Shown here: positions 26,657 through 35,309 of the stretch, piece by piece
Position numbering within the stretch: the stretch's first letter is position 1
Layout of the letters: each line of letters starts with the position of its first letter
DNA from: a virus
Length of the DNA: 64,000 nucleotides
Direction: 5' to 3' (one strand)
IMG/VR virus record: IMGVR_UViG_3300008448_000004
Span: 64,001-128,000 of that record
Notes under the pieces: generated by a model
What the model saw: the letters and a program-made list of their open reading frames with translations, nothing else
Database searches by the model: none
Told to the model about the DNA's origin: nothing
Position numbers and translations under genes: made by a program

Positions 26657-26728
26657 AGCTCCCATCCGGAATCGAACCGAATTATCTTGATTACAAGTCA
26701 AGTGCATCGCCTGCAATGCTTTGGGAGC
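26657..26728 (-). tRNA. tRNA-Thr(UGU)
   Basis: GCTCCCA/TGGGAGC acceptor; CTTGA-CT-TGT-AA-TCAAG. Confidence 0.95.
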
Positions 26729-26734
26729 TGTTAG

Positions 26735-26807
26735 CGCGGATGGTAGGACTCGAACCTACAACCTTCGGTTTTGGAGACCGCAACTCTACCAATTGAGCTA
26801 CACCCAC
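26735..26807 (-). tRNA. tRNA-Trp(CCA)
   Basis: GTGGGTG/CATCCGC acceptor; CGGT-CT-CCA-AA-ACCG. Confidence 0.93.
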
Positions 26808-26811
26808 GTTT

Positions 26812-27315
26812 CTACTTATTCAATATGTCAATGATCTTCTTCTTTATACCAGCTTCTTTCAGACCCTGGTTATCTTTAGTTCTAACAAACTTATCCCTTG
26901 CATCTCCCTTGTCTAATAGGTCTTTTAAGTCTAAGTCGTCTAGAATAACAAACTGTTTTAAATCAAAGTGATTAATGAAATCCAGCACTTCATTTGCTCG
27001 GTTTTTTTCGAGCCAAGAAAAGCTTACAGGTTTATTCTTTGTAACAGATCTTGGCATTTTATTAATACCGTTATGCTTAAAGATTTCAGCTAACTGAACT
27101 AATCCCCAATGGTGCCTCCAATCAGAACTTACTACAATCTCTGCTTCTGTTTCTTCTACTATTTCGTTTAGGATCTTAACGCATTTCTCATCGAAAGGAT
27201 AAGGTACTCCGAGTTCTTTTGCCCATTCGTATTTTTTCCAAAAGTTAACTCTATTCCTCATAAATTGCTCTTCTGTTGCTACTACTCCGTCGATGTCTAA
27301 AAAAATTACTTTCAT
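26812..27315 (-). CDS. HAD-superfamily phosphatase ('Swiss-army-knife' RNA-repair-associated HAD type)
   Basis: IFLDIDGV, SSDWR, RANEV, FVILDD. Confidence 0.8.
   Translation of the reverse strand: MKVIFLDIDGVVATEEQFMRNRVNFWKKYEWAKELGVPYPFDEKCVKILNEIVEETEAEIVVSSDWRHHWGLVQLAEIFKHNGINKMPRSVTKNKPVSFSWLEKNRANEVLDFINHFDLKQFVILDDLDLKDLLDKGDARDKFVRTKDNQGLKEAGIKKKIIDILNK
26824..26838 (-). promoter_or_regulatory. boxA-like antitermination element AAGATCATTGACATA
   Basis: Resembles the rRNA-operon boxA; lies directly before the five-tRNA run. Confidence 0.55.
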
Positions 27316-27328
27316 ATACTTCAGTTAA

Positions 27329-27360
27329 TAAAAAAGCCCCAGATTTTTATATCCAGGGCT
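27329..27360 (-). terminator. intrinsic terminator (attenuator)
   Basis: AGCCCTGGAT-ATAAAA-ATCTGGGGCT followed by a T run, 13 nt before the HAD ATG. Confidence 0.85.
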
Positions 27361-27387
27361 CTTTGTAAATTCTTATATTGGTAAAAG

Positions 27388-27468
27388 TTATCTTACAATA
27401 CATGCCCTGTTGCTTACTGGTTCTTGCCAGCTAGTCGTGGGGGTTGTGTATGTGTTAGATATCTTCAT
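27388..27468 (-). CDS. 26-aa leader peptide MKISNTYTTPTTSWQEPVSNRACIVR
   Basis: ATG..TAA with TATTTATA 14 nt upstream; its 3' part can pair with the terminator arm. Confidence 0.65.
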   Translation of the reverse strand: MKISNTYTTPTTSWQEPVSNRACIVR

Positions 27469-27509
27469 ATGATTGTTACTTGTATAAATACACTTGATAA
27501 ATAAAAAAC

Positions 27510-28378
27510 GACCTGAGACTACAGTCTTTATGTTAACTCTTTTGCAGCATTATTGATTCTCTGCTTGTCCAGTACCTTTTGAGCACTATGTTAACAATGC
27601 CGGTTGTTAGGTCAACCACCCCTTGAGGTGCTTTTATTGTGGTCTACTCTCTTCTTACTCTAACCGTTCTACCCTGCCGGGCAGATAAGTCCTTGCGGGA
27701 CTACGATCTTTTCATAAGAATCATTATTGGCTTGCGACCTTTAATGGCAATGGACAACCCATTACTGTGTAGGCATCTTTCGACCGCACCTGGCAAGCGC
27801 TTAAGCTTATTATGTTATTGTAATTTTGCAATCCAATGCAAATAAGTTTGACTTGTGGATTATAGAAGTAGTGGCTTGCCCTGAGCCTGCTCAGCTTTTG
27901 GCCGAGTTGATACTCAACTACTCCTTGAGATGTCCCCATCTCGGTTAACTTTAGACTACTTCATTACAACACCTTGGTAGGTAATCGTAAAGGATATTAG
28001 CAGCACCACCTGTTCTACATCTTACCTTTCGGTTTTAAGTACCCTTTCAGTTCTGGGCGTCGCAATAATATGGTTGGATAAACTATATGTCTTGCATGCA
28101 CCCTTCGGGTTAATCTTATTGCTCTTCCGAGCTCAACCAAACGACCCACATCGCTTAGTCTACCAACCACTTTCCCTACAGTGTTACCCTCAGTACTAAA
28201 GGTCAGTAGATATCCCGATTGCATACTCGAGCTCCTTCCGAAAGGAGCCGCAGATCCACTCAGTCAAATGAATCCACTTTATACCGGTTTCCCGGTTTAT
28301 TTAACGACTATATGCCGCCGACTGCTATTTACTACCGATCTTACTCTCGCAAGCGATTTCAGACCTTCGAAGGGATAA
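27510..28378 (-). ncRNA. large (~870 nt) highly structured ncRNA, GOLLD-like
   Basis: No credible ORF; more than 10 hairpins with GNRA/UUCG-type loops; terminal helix GGTCTGA/TCAGGTC; own promoter and boxA; next to tRNAs in a phage. The family name rests on size and context, not a covariance search. Confidence 0.6.
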
Positions 28379-28380
28379 CA

Positions 28381-28396
28381 GTATGTCAAAGAACTT
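28381..28396 (-). promoter_or_regulatory. boxA-like element AAGTTCTTTGACATAC
   Basis: Lies between the promoter and the large ncRNA 5' end. Confidence 0.6.
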
Positions 28397-28422
28397 CTGT
28401 TGTTATCTTCTTATCTATAAAT

Positions 28423-28453
28423 TAAAGATAGCTTCTTTAATTCAGACTAACAA
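28423..28453 (-). promoter_or_regulatory. Bacteroidota-type promoter (TTG-N20-TATCTTTA) for the large ncRNA
   Basis: Consensus match in the groL downstream spacer. Confidence 0.6.
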
Positions 28454-28472
28454 CTTTTTTTTAATTTTTTTT

Positions 28473-30119
28473 TTAAAAACCCATTCCCATATCCATCATC
28501 CCAGATCCTTCCTTCTTTTCTTCTTTCTTGTTAAAGATTACGGATTCGGTTGTAAGGATCGTACCAGCCACAGAAGCAGCATTCTCGATCGCAATACGCA
28601 CTACCTTGGTCGGATCAAGCAATCCAGCTTCGAAAGCATCGACTACTTTACCAGCTTTGGCATCGTAGGTGCTGTTACTTAATCCGGACTGCATTACTTC
28701 TGTTGCAATTTCATGCCAGTTCTCAATACCTGCGTTAGCAAGGATTCTAACAAAAGGAGCTTTACATGCTCTTAGTAGAATTTGTTTACCGATATCTTCA
28801 CTGTAATCGCTACCAAGAGTAATATTGTCAACAGCTTTATTAACTGCTTTATACAGAGCAATACCTCCGCCTGATACGATTCCTTCATCAAGAGCTGCTC
28901 GGGTAGCAAATAGTGCATCCTCTACTCTATCTTTCTTTTCTTTTATTTCAAGTTCACTATTACCTCCAACTGAGATTACTGCTACACCTCCGACAAGCTT
29001 TCCGAGCCTCTCTTGTAGTTTTTCTTTGTCGTAGAAGGAAGCTGCTTTTTCGATCTGATCTTTAATGTCTAAAGCTCTTTGCTGAATAGCTTCTTTACTT
29101 CCAACTCCATCAACAATTGTTGTTTTTTCTTTTTCAACTGTTACAGTTCTAGCTTTACCTAAATACTGTTCAAGTACATTGGCGTTAATTTTATCTAGCT
29201 TATGTCCTTTATCTTTAGACAGTACTTGACCGCCTGTAATGATTGCTAGATCTTCAAGTGCTAAGGTTCTTCTTTCTCCGAACTCCGGTGCTTTTACTGC
29301 AACACCTCTTACAATACCTCTTGCTTTATTCACAATTAGGGTAGCTAGAGCTTCTCCGTCTATGTCTTCCGCAACAATTAAGAGAGGTTTATTCTCTGCA
29401 TTAGCTTTAGTCATTACAGGGAGTAATTCAGCTGCTGTTGTAATACGGCCGTCGTACATAAAAATATACGCATCTTCAAGAACAGCTTGCATAGTGTTAT
29501 TGTTCGTCACAAAGTAAGGAGATTTGTATCCTCTATCAAATTGCATACCTTCTACTGTCTCTAATTCAGTTTCACCGGTCTTACTCTCCTCGATAGCAAC
29601 TACTCCATCACGTCCAACTTTTTCAAGAGCTGTTGCGATTAAGTTTCCAATCATCTCATCGTTATTACCTGAGATAGTTGCAACTTGTTTAATCTGCTCT
29701 TCGGTATCTAGTTCTTTAGAGACTTCTTTTAGTGCAGCTACAATCTCTTTTACTGCTTTATCTATACCTCTTTTAACTGCAACAGGACTTACTCCCTGGT
29801 TAATTGCTTTCAAACCTTCTTCTACAATAGTTGCGGCAAGGAGAGTAGAAGTTGTTGTACCGTCTCCAGCTTCATTAGCTGACTTGATGGATACTTGTTT
29901 AACAAGTTGAGCACCGATATTTTCAACCTCGTCTTCGATTTGCGAGAAAGCCTTCGCAACAGTAACGCCGTCTTTAGTAACTTTAATTCCATTTACGTTA
30001 TCTTCAATTAATACTGTTCTACCACCAGGTCCTAGTGTTGATGAAACACTGTTGTTTAATTTCTGGATTCCTTTTAGTAGTTTGTTTTTTAATTCAATTC
30101 CAAATAAGCTGTCAACCAT
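28473..30119 (-). CDS. groL: chaperonin GroEL
   Basis: TLGPGGR, TKDGVTVA, GDGTTT, EGMQFDRGY, KAPEFGERR, Gly/Met tail. Confidence 0.97.
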   Translation of the reverse strand: MVDSLFGIELKNKLLKGIQKLNNSVSSTLGPGGRTVLIEDNVNGIKVTKDGVTVAKAFSQIEDEVENIGAQLVKQVSIKSANEAGDGTTTSTLLAATIVEEGLKAINQGVSPVAVKRGIDKAVKEIVAALKEVSKELDTEEQIKQVATISGNNDEMIGNLIATALEKVGRDGVVAIEESKTGETELETVEGMQFDRGYKSPYFVTNNNTMQAVLEDAYIFMYDGRITTAAELLPVMTKANAENKPLLIVAEDIDGEALATLIVNKARGIVRGVAVKAPEFGERRTLALEDLAIITGGQVLSKDKGHKLDKINANVLEQYLGKARTVTVEKEKTTIVDGVGSKEAIQQRALDIKDQIEKAASFYDKEKLQERLGKLVGGVAVISVGGNSELEIKEKKDRVEDALFATRAALDEGIVSGGGIALYKAVNKAVDNITLGSDYSEDIGKQILLRACKAPFVRILANAGIENWHEIATEVMQSGLSNSTYDAKAGKVVDAFEAGLLDPTKVVRIAIENAASVAGTILTTESVIFNKKEEKKEGSGMMDMGMGF

Positions 30120-30131
30120 TTTTTATAAATT

Positions 30132-30428
30132 TTAATTTTCTGAAACAATGCCGATTACTTCTACAGTTTTACAGAGGAAATACTCATCACCTCCTAGTGT
30201 AACTCTCATACTACCTACTTTAGGAATAAGCAATTTGTCACCTACGTCGAACTTTGTTTGAACAAATTGACCGGTTTGAAAGTTATAAAAATCACTATAC
30301 GCGATTACTTCGCCAATAGCTGGTTTTTCTTTTCCTAGATCAGGAATAATAATGTTGCCTGCAAGGATCTCTTCCTCTTCTACAGGCTTGAGCAAAACGT
30401 ATCCGTTTAGCGGTTTTAATACACTCAT
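30132..30428 (-). CDS. groS: co-chaperonin GroES
   Basis: LKPLNGYVLL, GNIIIPD, VGDKLL. Confidence 0.9.
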   Translation of the reverse strand: MSVLKPLNGYVLLKPVEEEEILAGNIIIPDLGKEKPAIGEVIAYSDFYNFQTGQFVQTKFDVGDKLLIPKVGSMRVTLGGDEYFLCKTVEVIGIVSEN

Positions 30429-30452
30429 ACTTTTATTTTTAATATAGTAAAA

Positions 30453-30644
30453 TTATTTCAGTTCTTCAACTATTTCTAACTCGGGAATAAGCTCTACAAA
30501 GTATATCATATCTTCCTTTCTCAAAGCCACGTCAGCACCTGTAAAGTATTTCCAGGCTTCAATATTAGGGTTATACTCTGCTTTAACTTTCTTTTTAAGA
30601 ATGTAGAGCTTGTCGTCGAACTTTATAAACTCGTTTCTAAACAT
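30453..30644 (-). CDS. hypothetical protein
   Basis: 63-aa ORF in the gene run. Confidence 0.5.
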   Translation of the reverse strand: MFRNEFIKFDDKLYILKKKVKAEYNPNIEAWKYFTGADVALRKEDMIYFVELIPELEIVEELK

Positions 30645-30674
30645 AGAGATAATGACAGGTCTTTTATGTGTAAC

Positions 30675-31076
30675 TTATTGTATTTGTACTTTCTTAGGTG
30701 CTCTCTCTTCAGCAAAAGGAATAGTTAATGTTAATAATCCTTTCTCTAGCTTTGCTTCAATTTTGCCAAGATCAAATTTAGTAGCTATTTTCCAAGCTAG
30801 GTCAAAAGAGCTTTTTTTAATTCCTCTGTAAATAGCAGTTTTTTCGTCGTCGGGTTTTTTATACCTAATACGGAGAATATCTCCTTCAGTTAAAATTTCA
30901 ATTTCCTCTTTATCGAGGCCTACTGCTGCTACTTCAATTGCAATACCTGTCGGTGTTTCGTAGATGTCTGTGGGATGGGAAACTTTCTGGTTAATTCCAG
31001 AAAAGTGGTTTGAGTCTTTAAACAGATCCTTCCATAGAAGGTCGAATTCGTCCAGTGTGAATGGTTTAAACGTCAT
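30675..31076 (-). CDS. small heat-shock protein (Hsp20/alpha-crystallin)
   Basis: PTDIYE, AAVG, RGIKKSSF, AKLEKGLLTLTIP. Confidence 0.92.
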   Translation of the reverse strand: MTFKPFTLDEFDLLWKDLFKDSNHFSGINQKVSHPTDIYETPTGIAIEVAAVGLDKEEIEILTEGDILRIRYKKPDDEKTAIYRGIKKSSFDLAWKIATKFDLGKIEAKLEKGLLTLTIPFAEERAPKKVQIQ

Positions 31077-31191
31077 AGTTTTAAATTTGTGCTCCCCTTA
31101 GGTGAGCGAGTTAATAAATATGTAACCGAGACCTGTCAAGTATCTCTTGCTTATATAAATATACGTAGTAAAAAAAAGAAAGCCAACTTTT

Positions 31192-31809
31192 TTAGCGGCT
31201 TTTCAAATAGTTTGTAATCACTCCTCCGAGAACTGCTGCCTCTACTTCTAACTCTCCAATTTCACTTCGAGTTAACTCTCGTTTCTTTTTAGTGTATTCG
31301 ACTCCGAGAGTACCAATGAGTTTATTCTCAATACAGAAAATTGCAAATCCATAGTAGCTTTTACATCCGGTTTCATCAGCTAAGTATTTCATTCCGTAGT
31401 TTTCAGTATCAGGGTCTTTAAAATCTGGAACCGCTAAGTACCCTTTATCGTATACCTCGGCTGTTGTTTTTGCAAACAGAGAAACTGGTATATTCTGAAA
31501 CATCATCTTAGTAGGAGGGATATCTGGTGCTGTTACTTCGTAGAAGATAGAAAACTTCTGAATAGATTTACCTGTTGGTGCGTAGTGTCCTCCGTTATGA
31601 AATTGAGTAATCCAAACTCGATCAGCTTGGTACCTGTCTTTGATTTCTTCTATTTTATGATCAATCGCTCTAGAGAAATTAATCTCTTCAGCAACAGTGT
31701 CTTTTTTCTGAGATTGTCTTGCTTTTATCCACTGTACGGCTATTGGCCCAGCGACACCTGTTAAAAAAGCTCCTAAAATAGTTGCTACTACTTCTTGATT
31801 CCAAGTCAT
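31192..31809 (-). CDS. N-terminal TM plus GAF-like domain protein
   Basis: One TM helix; DRVWITQFHNGG..; terminal IGTLGVEY strand typical of GAF. Confidence 0.55.
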   Translation of the reverse strand: MTWNQEVVATILGAFLTGVAGPIAVQWIKARQSQKKDTVAEEINFSRAIDHKIEEIKDRYQADRVWITQFHNGGHYAPTGKSIQKFSIFYEVTAPDIPPTKMMFQNIPVSLFAKTTAEVYDKGYLAVPDFKDPDTENYGMKYLADETGCKSYYGFAIFCIENKLIGTLGVEYTKKKRELTRSEIGELEVEAAVLGGVITNYLKSR

Positions 31810-31865
31810 TATAAGTACGGGATTTACAGTTTTTAATACTAATAAATAGTATAATTTTTCCGTAT

Positions 31866-32921
31866 TTAAAAAGTACTCTGCTTTTCGAATAAACTTAAAG
31901 CTTTCTCATACTCTACGTTGTAAACCTTCTTATTTTTTTGACCTGATATGATTTCAAGTTCGCTACATAAAGCAAGGAATTCGTTAATATCCTTTAAAGT
32001 ACACTGTACTTTTGCGTTGGATGCTAAAGCTTTTAGCTTTGCATTAGAGATAACGGATTCACCTTCTTTTTTTCTTCCGTTTTGAAAATATAAACGAAGT
32101 AATGTTAGATTTAGTTCTAGTTGTTTATATTTAGGAGTTGCTAAGACTTGCTTCATTTCTGAATAAGAAGTCCATTTATAGTATGCGCTAAAAGCTACTC
32201 CAATCAGTATAATAAGTTCTAGAAAAAAGACCATCACGGCAAATGCCAAACTATTCTGTTGAATCTTATCTTCTTGCTTTGTTAACTTACTACCTGTTTT
32301 TTGCTCAAGAATAGCAATACGGGAATCTCTTTCTTGCTCGTATTTCTTAACATCTGCTTCTAACTGCTTAACGGTATTTTGTTGTCGTCTACTAAGCACA
32401 CCATCTTCGTCGTTTTGTTGTATTGCTTGTATTTGCTGTTCTTTTAAAGCTATACGCTGCTGGTATACTGCAGTTATAGAGTCTGCTCCTCTAGTCTGTA
32501 TTGTATCTAGTTTAGACTCTACTGTAGCACTTGTATCAATCAACCTATGTGCTCCGTTTAAAGATAGATAGAAAGATCCAGCAACTAAAGTAAGACATAC
32601 TATAATACCCGATGCTATGTTTACTGTTAATCTTTTTAGACGTAGTATAGTTGCTGTAAGCTGTTCAAAAGCAAATCTCTTAAACAACTCATACCCTGTC
32701 ATAAAGAGTATAATAAAAACGGAAAAGAATAGATCTTGTCCGGAAAATAAGCTAGGTATACTATTGGTTACATCCTTAATAAAAAAGTAACTAAATAGTA
32801 TTAGAAAAATATTTCCTAGAAAAGAAAAGTAATACAGAGTACTACTTAGGGGCTTGAAGTTTTTTTCGAAGTTAAAAGTTTCTAGGTCTGTTTTTAACTT
32901 GTTATACTTATCTAGTTTCAT
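31866..32921 (-). CDS. multi-TM membrane protein with coiled coil
   Basis: Four hydrophobic segments flanking a Gln-rich coil. Confidence 0.65.
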   Translation of the reverse strand: MKLDKYNKLKTDLETFNFEKNFKPLSSTLYYFSFLGNIFLILFSYFFIKDVTNSIPSLFSGQDLFFSVFIILFMTGYELFKRFAFEQLTATILRLKRLTVNIASGIIVCLTLVAGSFYLSLNGAHRLIDTSATVESKLDTIQTRGADSITAVYQQRIALKEQQIQAIQQNDEDGVLSRRQQNTVKQLEADVKKYEQERDSRIAILEQKTGSKLTKQEDKIQQNSLAFAVMVFFLELIILIGVAFSAYYKWTSYSEMKQVLATPKYKQLELNLTLLRLYFQNGRKKEGESVISNAKLKALASNAKVQCTLKDINEFLALCSELEIISGQKNKKVYNVEYEKALSLFEKQSTF

Positions 32922-32925
32922 AATT

Positions 32926-33096
32926 TTAGAATTCTTCTATGATTCCTAATATTTCAGCGCCAACCAGTAATCCTCCTGCTGCATTAAAATACCACTGATC
33001 GGCATACATAAATGCGAAGCCAGCAAATACTCTAACAATGGATTTAGCTATGCTGATTCTAAAATGCCAGGTTGATTTACTTTCTTTCGGTTGCAT
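32926..33096 (-). CDS. 56-aa membrane protein
   Basis: Missed by the track: MQPKESKSTWHFRISIAKSIVRVFAGFAF...LGIIEEF fills the gap exactly. Confidence 0.6.
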   Translation of the reverse strand: MQPKESKSTWHFRISIAKSIVRVFAGFAFMYADQWYFNAAGGLLVGAEILGIIEEF

Positions 33097-33590
33097 TAGT
33101 AGTTGGTTTTATTTTGAAACTGTCCGTTATATAGTTCTGCAGGAGTTGGATTTTTAATCATATAAAGCTGACACACTCTAGCATTCTCTTCAATGAAAAT
33201 TGTATCCGATTCTACAAACATTGTTGTTCCCATTGTTTCAGTTTCGAAACCTGGATCCCAGATAGGACTGTTTATCTTAGCTCCTCCTCTGTAGATAGAA
33301 GATCTAGATGTGATAAAACCAGTTGCATTAGCAGGAATCTTAATACCTTCGTTAAAGGTTAATGCGTAGGGACCTTTTGTAAGTCTCCACACTTTCCTCC
33401 CGTCTATATTCTGAAGAGGTACTCTATCAAAACTTTCTGGTTTGACAATGGTTTTTTCTTTTAATACCATGATTCCTCCGAGTATTCTTTCAATCTTCTG
33501 AACGGATAAATCTATACCGACCTGATTGACTTTATGCAAGCTCTGTGGGGCTACTAGATGTGCTAGTACTTCTTCTCCTGTTAGTAACAT
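33096..33590 (-). CDS. trimeric dUTPase / dCTP deaminase family
   Basis: GIDLS, SRSSIYRGG, WDPGF, RVCQL, YNGQF. Confidence 0.85.
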   Translation of the reverse strand: MLLTGEEVLAHLVAPQSLHKVNQVGIDLSVQKIERILGGIMVLKEKTIVKPESFDRVPLQNIDGRKVWRLTKGPYALTFNEGIKIPANATGFITSRSSIYRGGAKINSPIWDPGFETETMGTTMFVESDTIFIEENARVCQLYMIKNPTPAELYNGQFQNKTNY

Positions 33591-33596
33591 ATTAGT

Positions 33597-33989
33597 TTAA
33601 ATTGGCTCTATAGAATGTGATTGCAATAAGTTTTGTAGATGTATGTAGTAAACATCCCGGGTTGTTGATTCTAAAATATCTCCTACTTCAAACTTCTTTT
33701 CAAAATCTCCTGATTTGAGTAGGAAAGGACTGAGTACTCTAAATTGTCTAGTTCCTTCGTAGACATACTGTGATTCTAATACAGGAGTGGGGATTGTCGG
33801 AGGTGTAGTCTGTGCATAAGGAAATACTTTGTTAAGTACTTGACGTCTTTTATTACATCCACAGTCTTCTTTGCCCATAGCTCGAGCTACACCTTCTGCT
33901 ACTTTATCTATTCCTATTGCATGAGTAATTTTTGCAATAGTATCTCCTAAACCTTCGCTAGGATTTTGAGGGTTAAAATCTTGTGACAT
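33597..33989 (-). CDS. hypothetical protein (GLGDTIAK..DCGC)
   Basis: 130-aa ORF; TATTTATA directly upstream. Confidence 0.6.
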   Translation of the reverse strand: MSQDFNPQNPSEGLGDTIAKITHAIGIDKVAEGVARAMGKEDCGCNKRRQVLNKVFPYAQTTPPTIPTPVLESQYVYEGTRQFRVLSPFLLKSGDFEKKFEVGDILESTTRDVYYIHLQNLLQSHSIEPI

Positions 33990-34007
33990 ATCTATAAATA
34001 GTTAAAA

Positions 34008-34730
34008 TTAGCATTTATTTACTGCGTTTCTTACGTACATATAGAACTCCTCACGGCATTCTGGCTCGTTAAGGAATGCTCCGGAAAGCTTAGCTGTCTG
34101 CATAGAAGCACCTTGATGCTTAACTCCGCGGCATGATACACAACTATGTTTACTGTCTACAACCACCGCTACTCCTAGGTTATCTGGTATAACAGTATTC
34201 AGGGTATCAAAGATCTGCATAGTTAAATCTTCTTGAATCTGACCTCTTCTAGAATACTGTTCTACTATTCTGTTTAATTTAGAGAGTCCCATTACTTGCT
34301 TAGATTCTCCTGGTATGTAACCTACGTGACATACACCTAAAATCTGCTGATGGTGATGTGCGCATTGAGAGAATACCGGAATATTAGTCTCTACAATAAT
34401 ACCGTCGTAGTTCGAAGGAAAGGTTGTAATCTCACTCATAAGATCGTACCTACCTTTCCAGAGATCATTTACATAGGCCTTAGCTACGCGCTTAGGTGTA
34501 TTCTCACTATTCGGATCACTTTGCCAATTAACACCGAGGGCGTTTAGGAACTTACCGTAGTGGTGTGCTGCTTCAGTAATAATAGCATCTTTTTCTTCTG
34601 AGTTTAGAGAGCGATGCTCTCCTTTGTAAATTAAGTTTGCTAATTGAGTAGAAACTCCGTTAGCAAAACCTACTGTAGACTCTTCGAGTTTTTCAATATT
34701 AACTGTTAACGGTTTTTGCTTGTTGCTCAT
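34008..34730 (-). CDS. folE: GTP cyclohydrolase I
   Basis: TPKRVAK, CAHH, GLSKLNR, GQIQE, HSCVSCRGV. Confidence 0.96.
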   Translation of the reverse strand: MSNKQKPLTVNIEKLEESTVGFANGVSTQLANLIYKGEHRSLNSEEKDAIITEAAHHYGKFLNALGVNWQSDPNSENTPKRVAKAYVNDLWKGRYDLMSEITTFPSNYDGIIVETNIPVFSQCAHHHQQILGVCHVGYIPGESKQVMGLSKLNRIVEQYSRRGQIQEDLTMQIFDTLNTVIPDNLGVAVVVDSKHSCVSCRGVKHQGASMQTAKLSGAFLNEPECREEFYMYVRNAVNKC

Positions 34731-34917
34731 ATTTCTTTAATTGTTCTTTTAATTTATCGATTTGTTCTTGAAGTTCCAACGTTTTTTGGGAATGCAAAGT
34801 AATTAATCCTACAATATTAACACTCACTACAGTTTCAAACTGAGTGAATCTGAACCATACGTAGGCTTGTGCACCACAGAGTGTTAGCAGTACTATTGTG
34901 AAGATGTCAAAGCTCAT
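34699..34917 (-). CDS. small TM plus coiled-coil protein
   Basis: 72-aa ORF with hydrophobic N-terminus. Confidence 0.5.
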   Translation of the reverse strand: MSFDIFTIVLLTLCGAQAYVWFRFTQFETVVSVNIVGLITLHSQKTLELQEQIDKLKEQLKKYEQQAKTVNS

Positions 34918-34927
34918 TTATTTTGTT

Positions 34928-35299
34928 TTAATTTTTATCGTAACATTCTTTACATAATTGTCCTGCTCCTTCAACGTACCCGTACCTGAAGTTAATATTA
35001 ACATCGTAAGTGTAAGGAGTTTCTTTGCCGCAGATAATGCAATGCTCTATACTGTTAGAGTTTAACTCTCCTGGAACTTCAATACCCCAGCAGTTTGGGC
35101 CGCCGTCGTAAGTCATTCTCTTACTCCAAAGGTCCGGTGCTTTTCTCATAAAATAACCTAGGTCGTAGTTATTAGGAAGCAGTAGTGTAAGTCGTCTTAG
35201 AACCTCGTAGACATCTTCTGGTGTTTTAGCTTTTTTAAGCTTTTCTTCTAGGTTTGTAATAGCATTAAGAGTGTGCTGGTTAAAGGTGGGAGTATTCAT
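34928..35299 (-). CDS. hypothetical protein with C-terminal Zn finger
   Basis: CIIC..CKEC. Confidence 0.55.
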   Translation of the reverse strand: MNTPTFNQHTLNAITNLEEKLKKAKTPEDVYEVLRRLTLLLPNNYDLGYFMRKAPDLWSKRMTYDGGPNCWGIEVPGELNSNSIEHCIICGKETPYTYDVNINFRYGYVEGAGQLCKECYDKN

Positions 35300-35309
35300 A
35301 ATTAAACAT

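Noticed and set aside
22198-26807. Theta/HDV-like ribozymes at tRNA 3' ends
   Set aside because: The 3' trailers are short spacers or U-rich; the structured elements lie 5' of the tRNAs and I could not build the nested double pseudoknot.
26456-26971. ORF-track entries 26456..26644, 26500..26796 and 26771..26971
   Set aside because: They overlap five well-formed tRNA genes or the HAD gene; shadow ORFs.
27639-28682. Six short ORFs on both strands in the 27.6-28.7 kb tract
   Set aside because: No protein motifs, mutually overlapping, and the tract is better explained by dense RNA structure or is antisense to groL.
28825-29910. Plus-strand ORFs inside groL
   Set aside because: Antisense shadows of a strongly biased coding frame.
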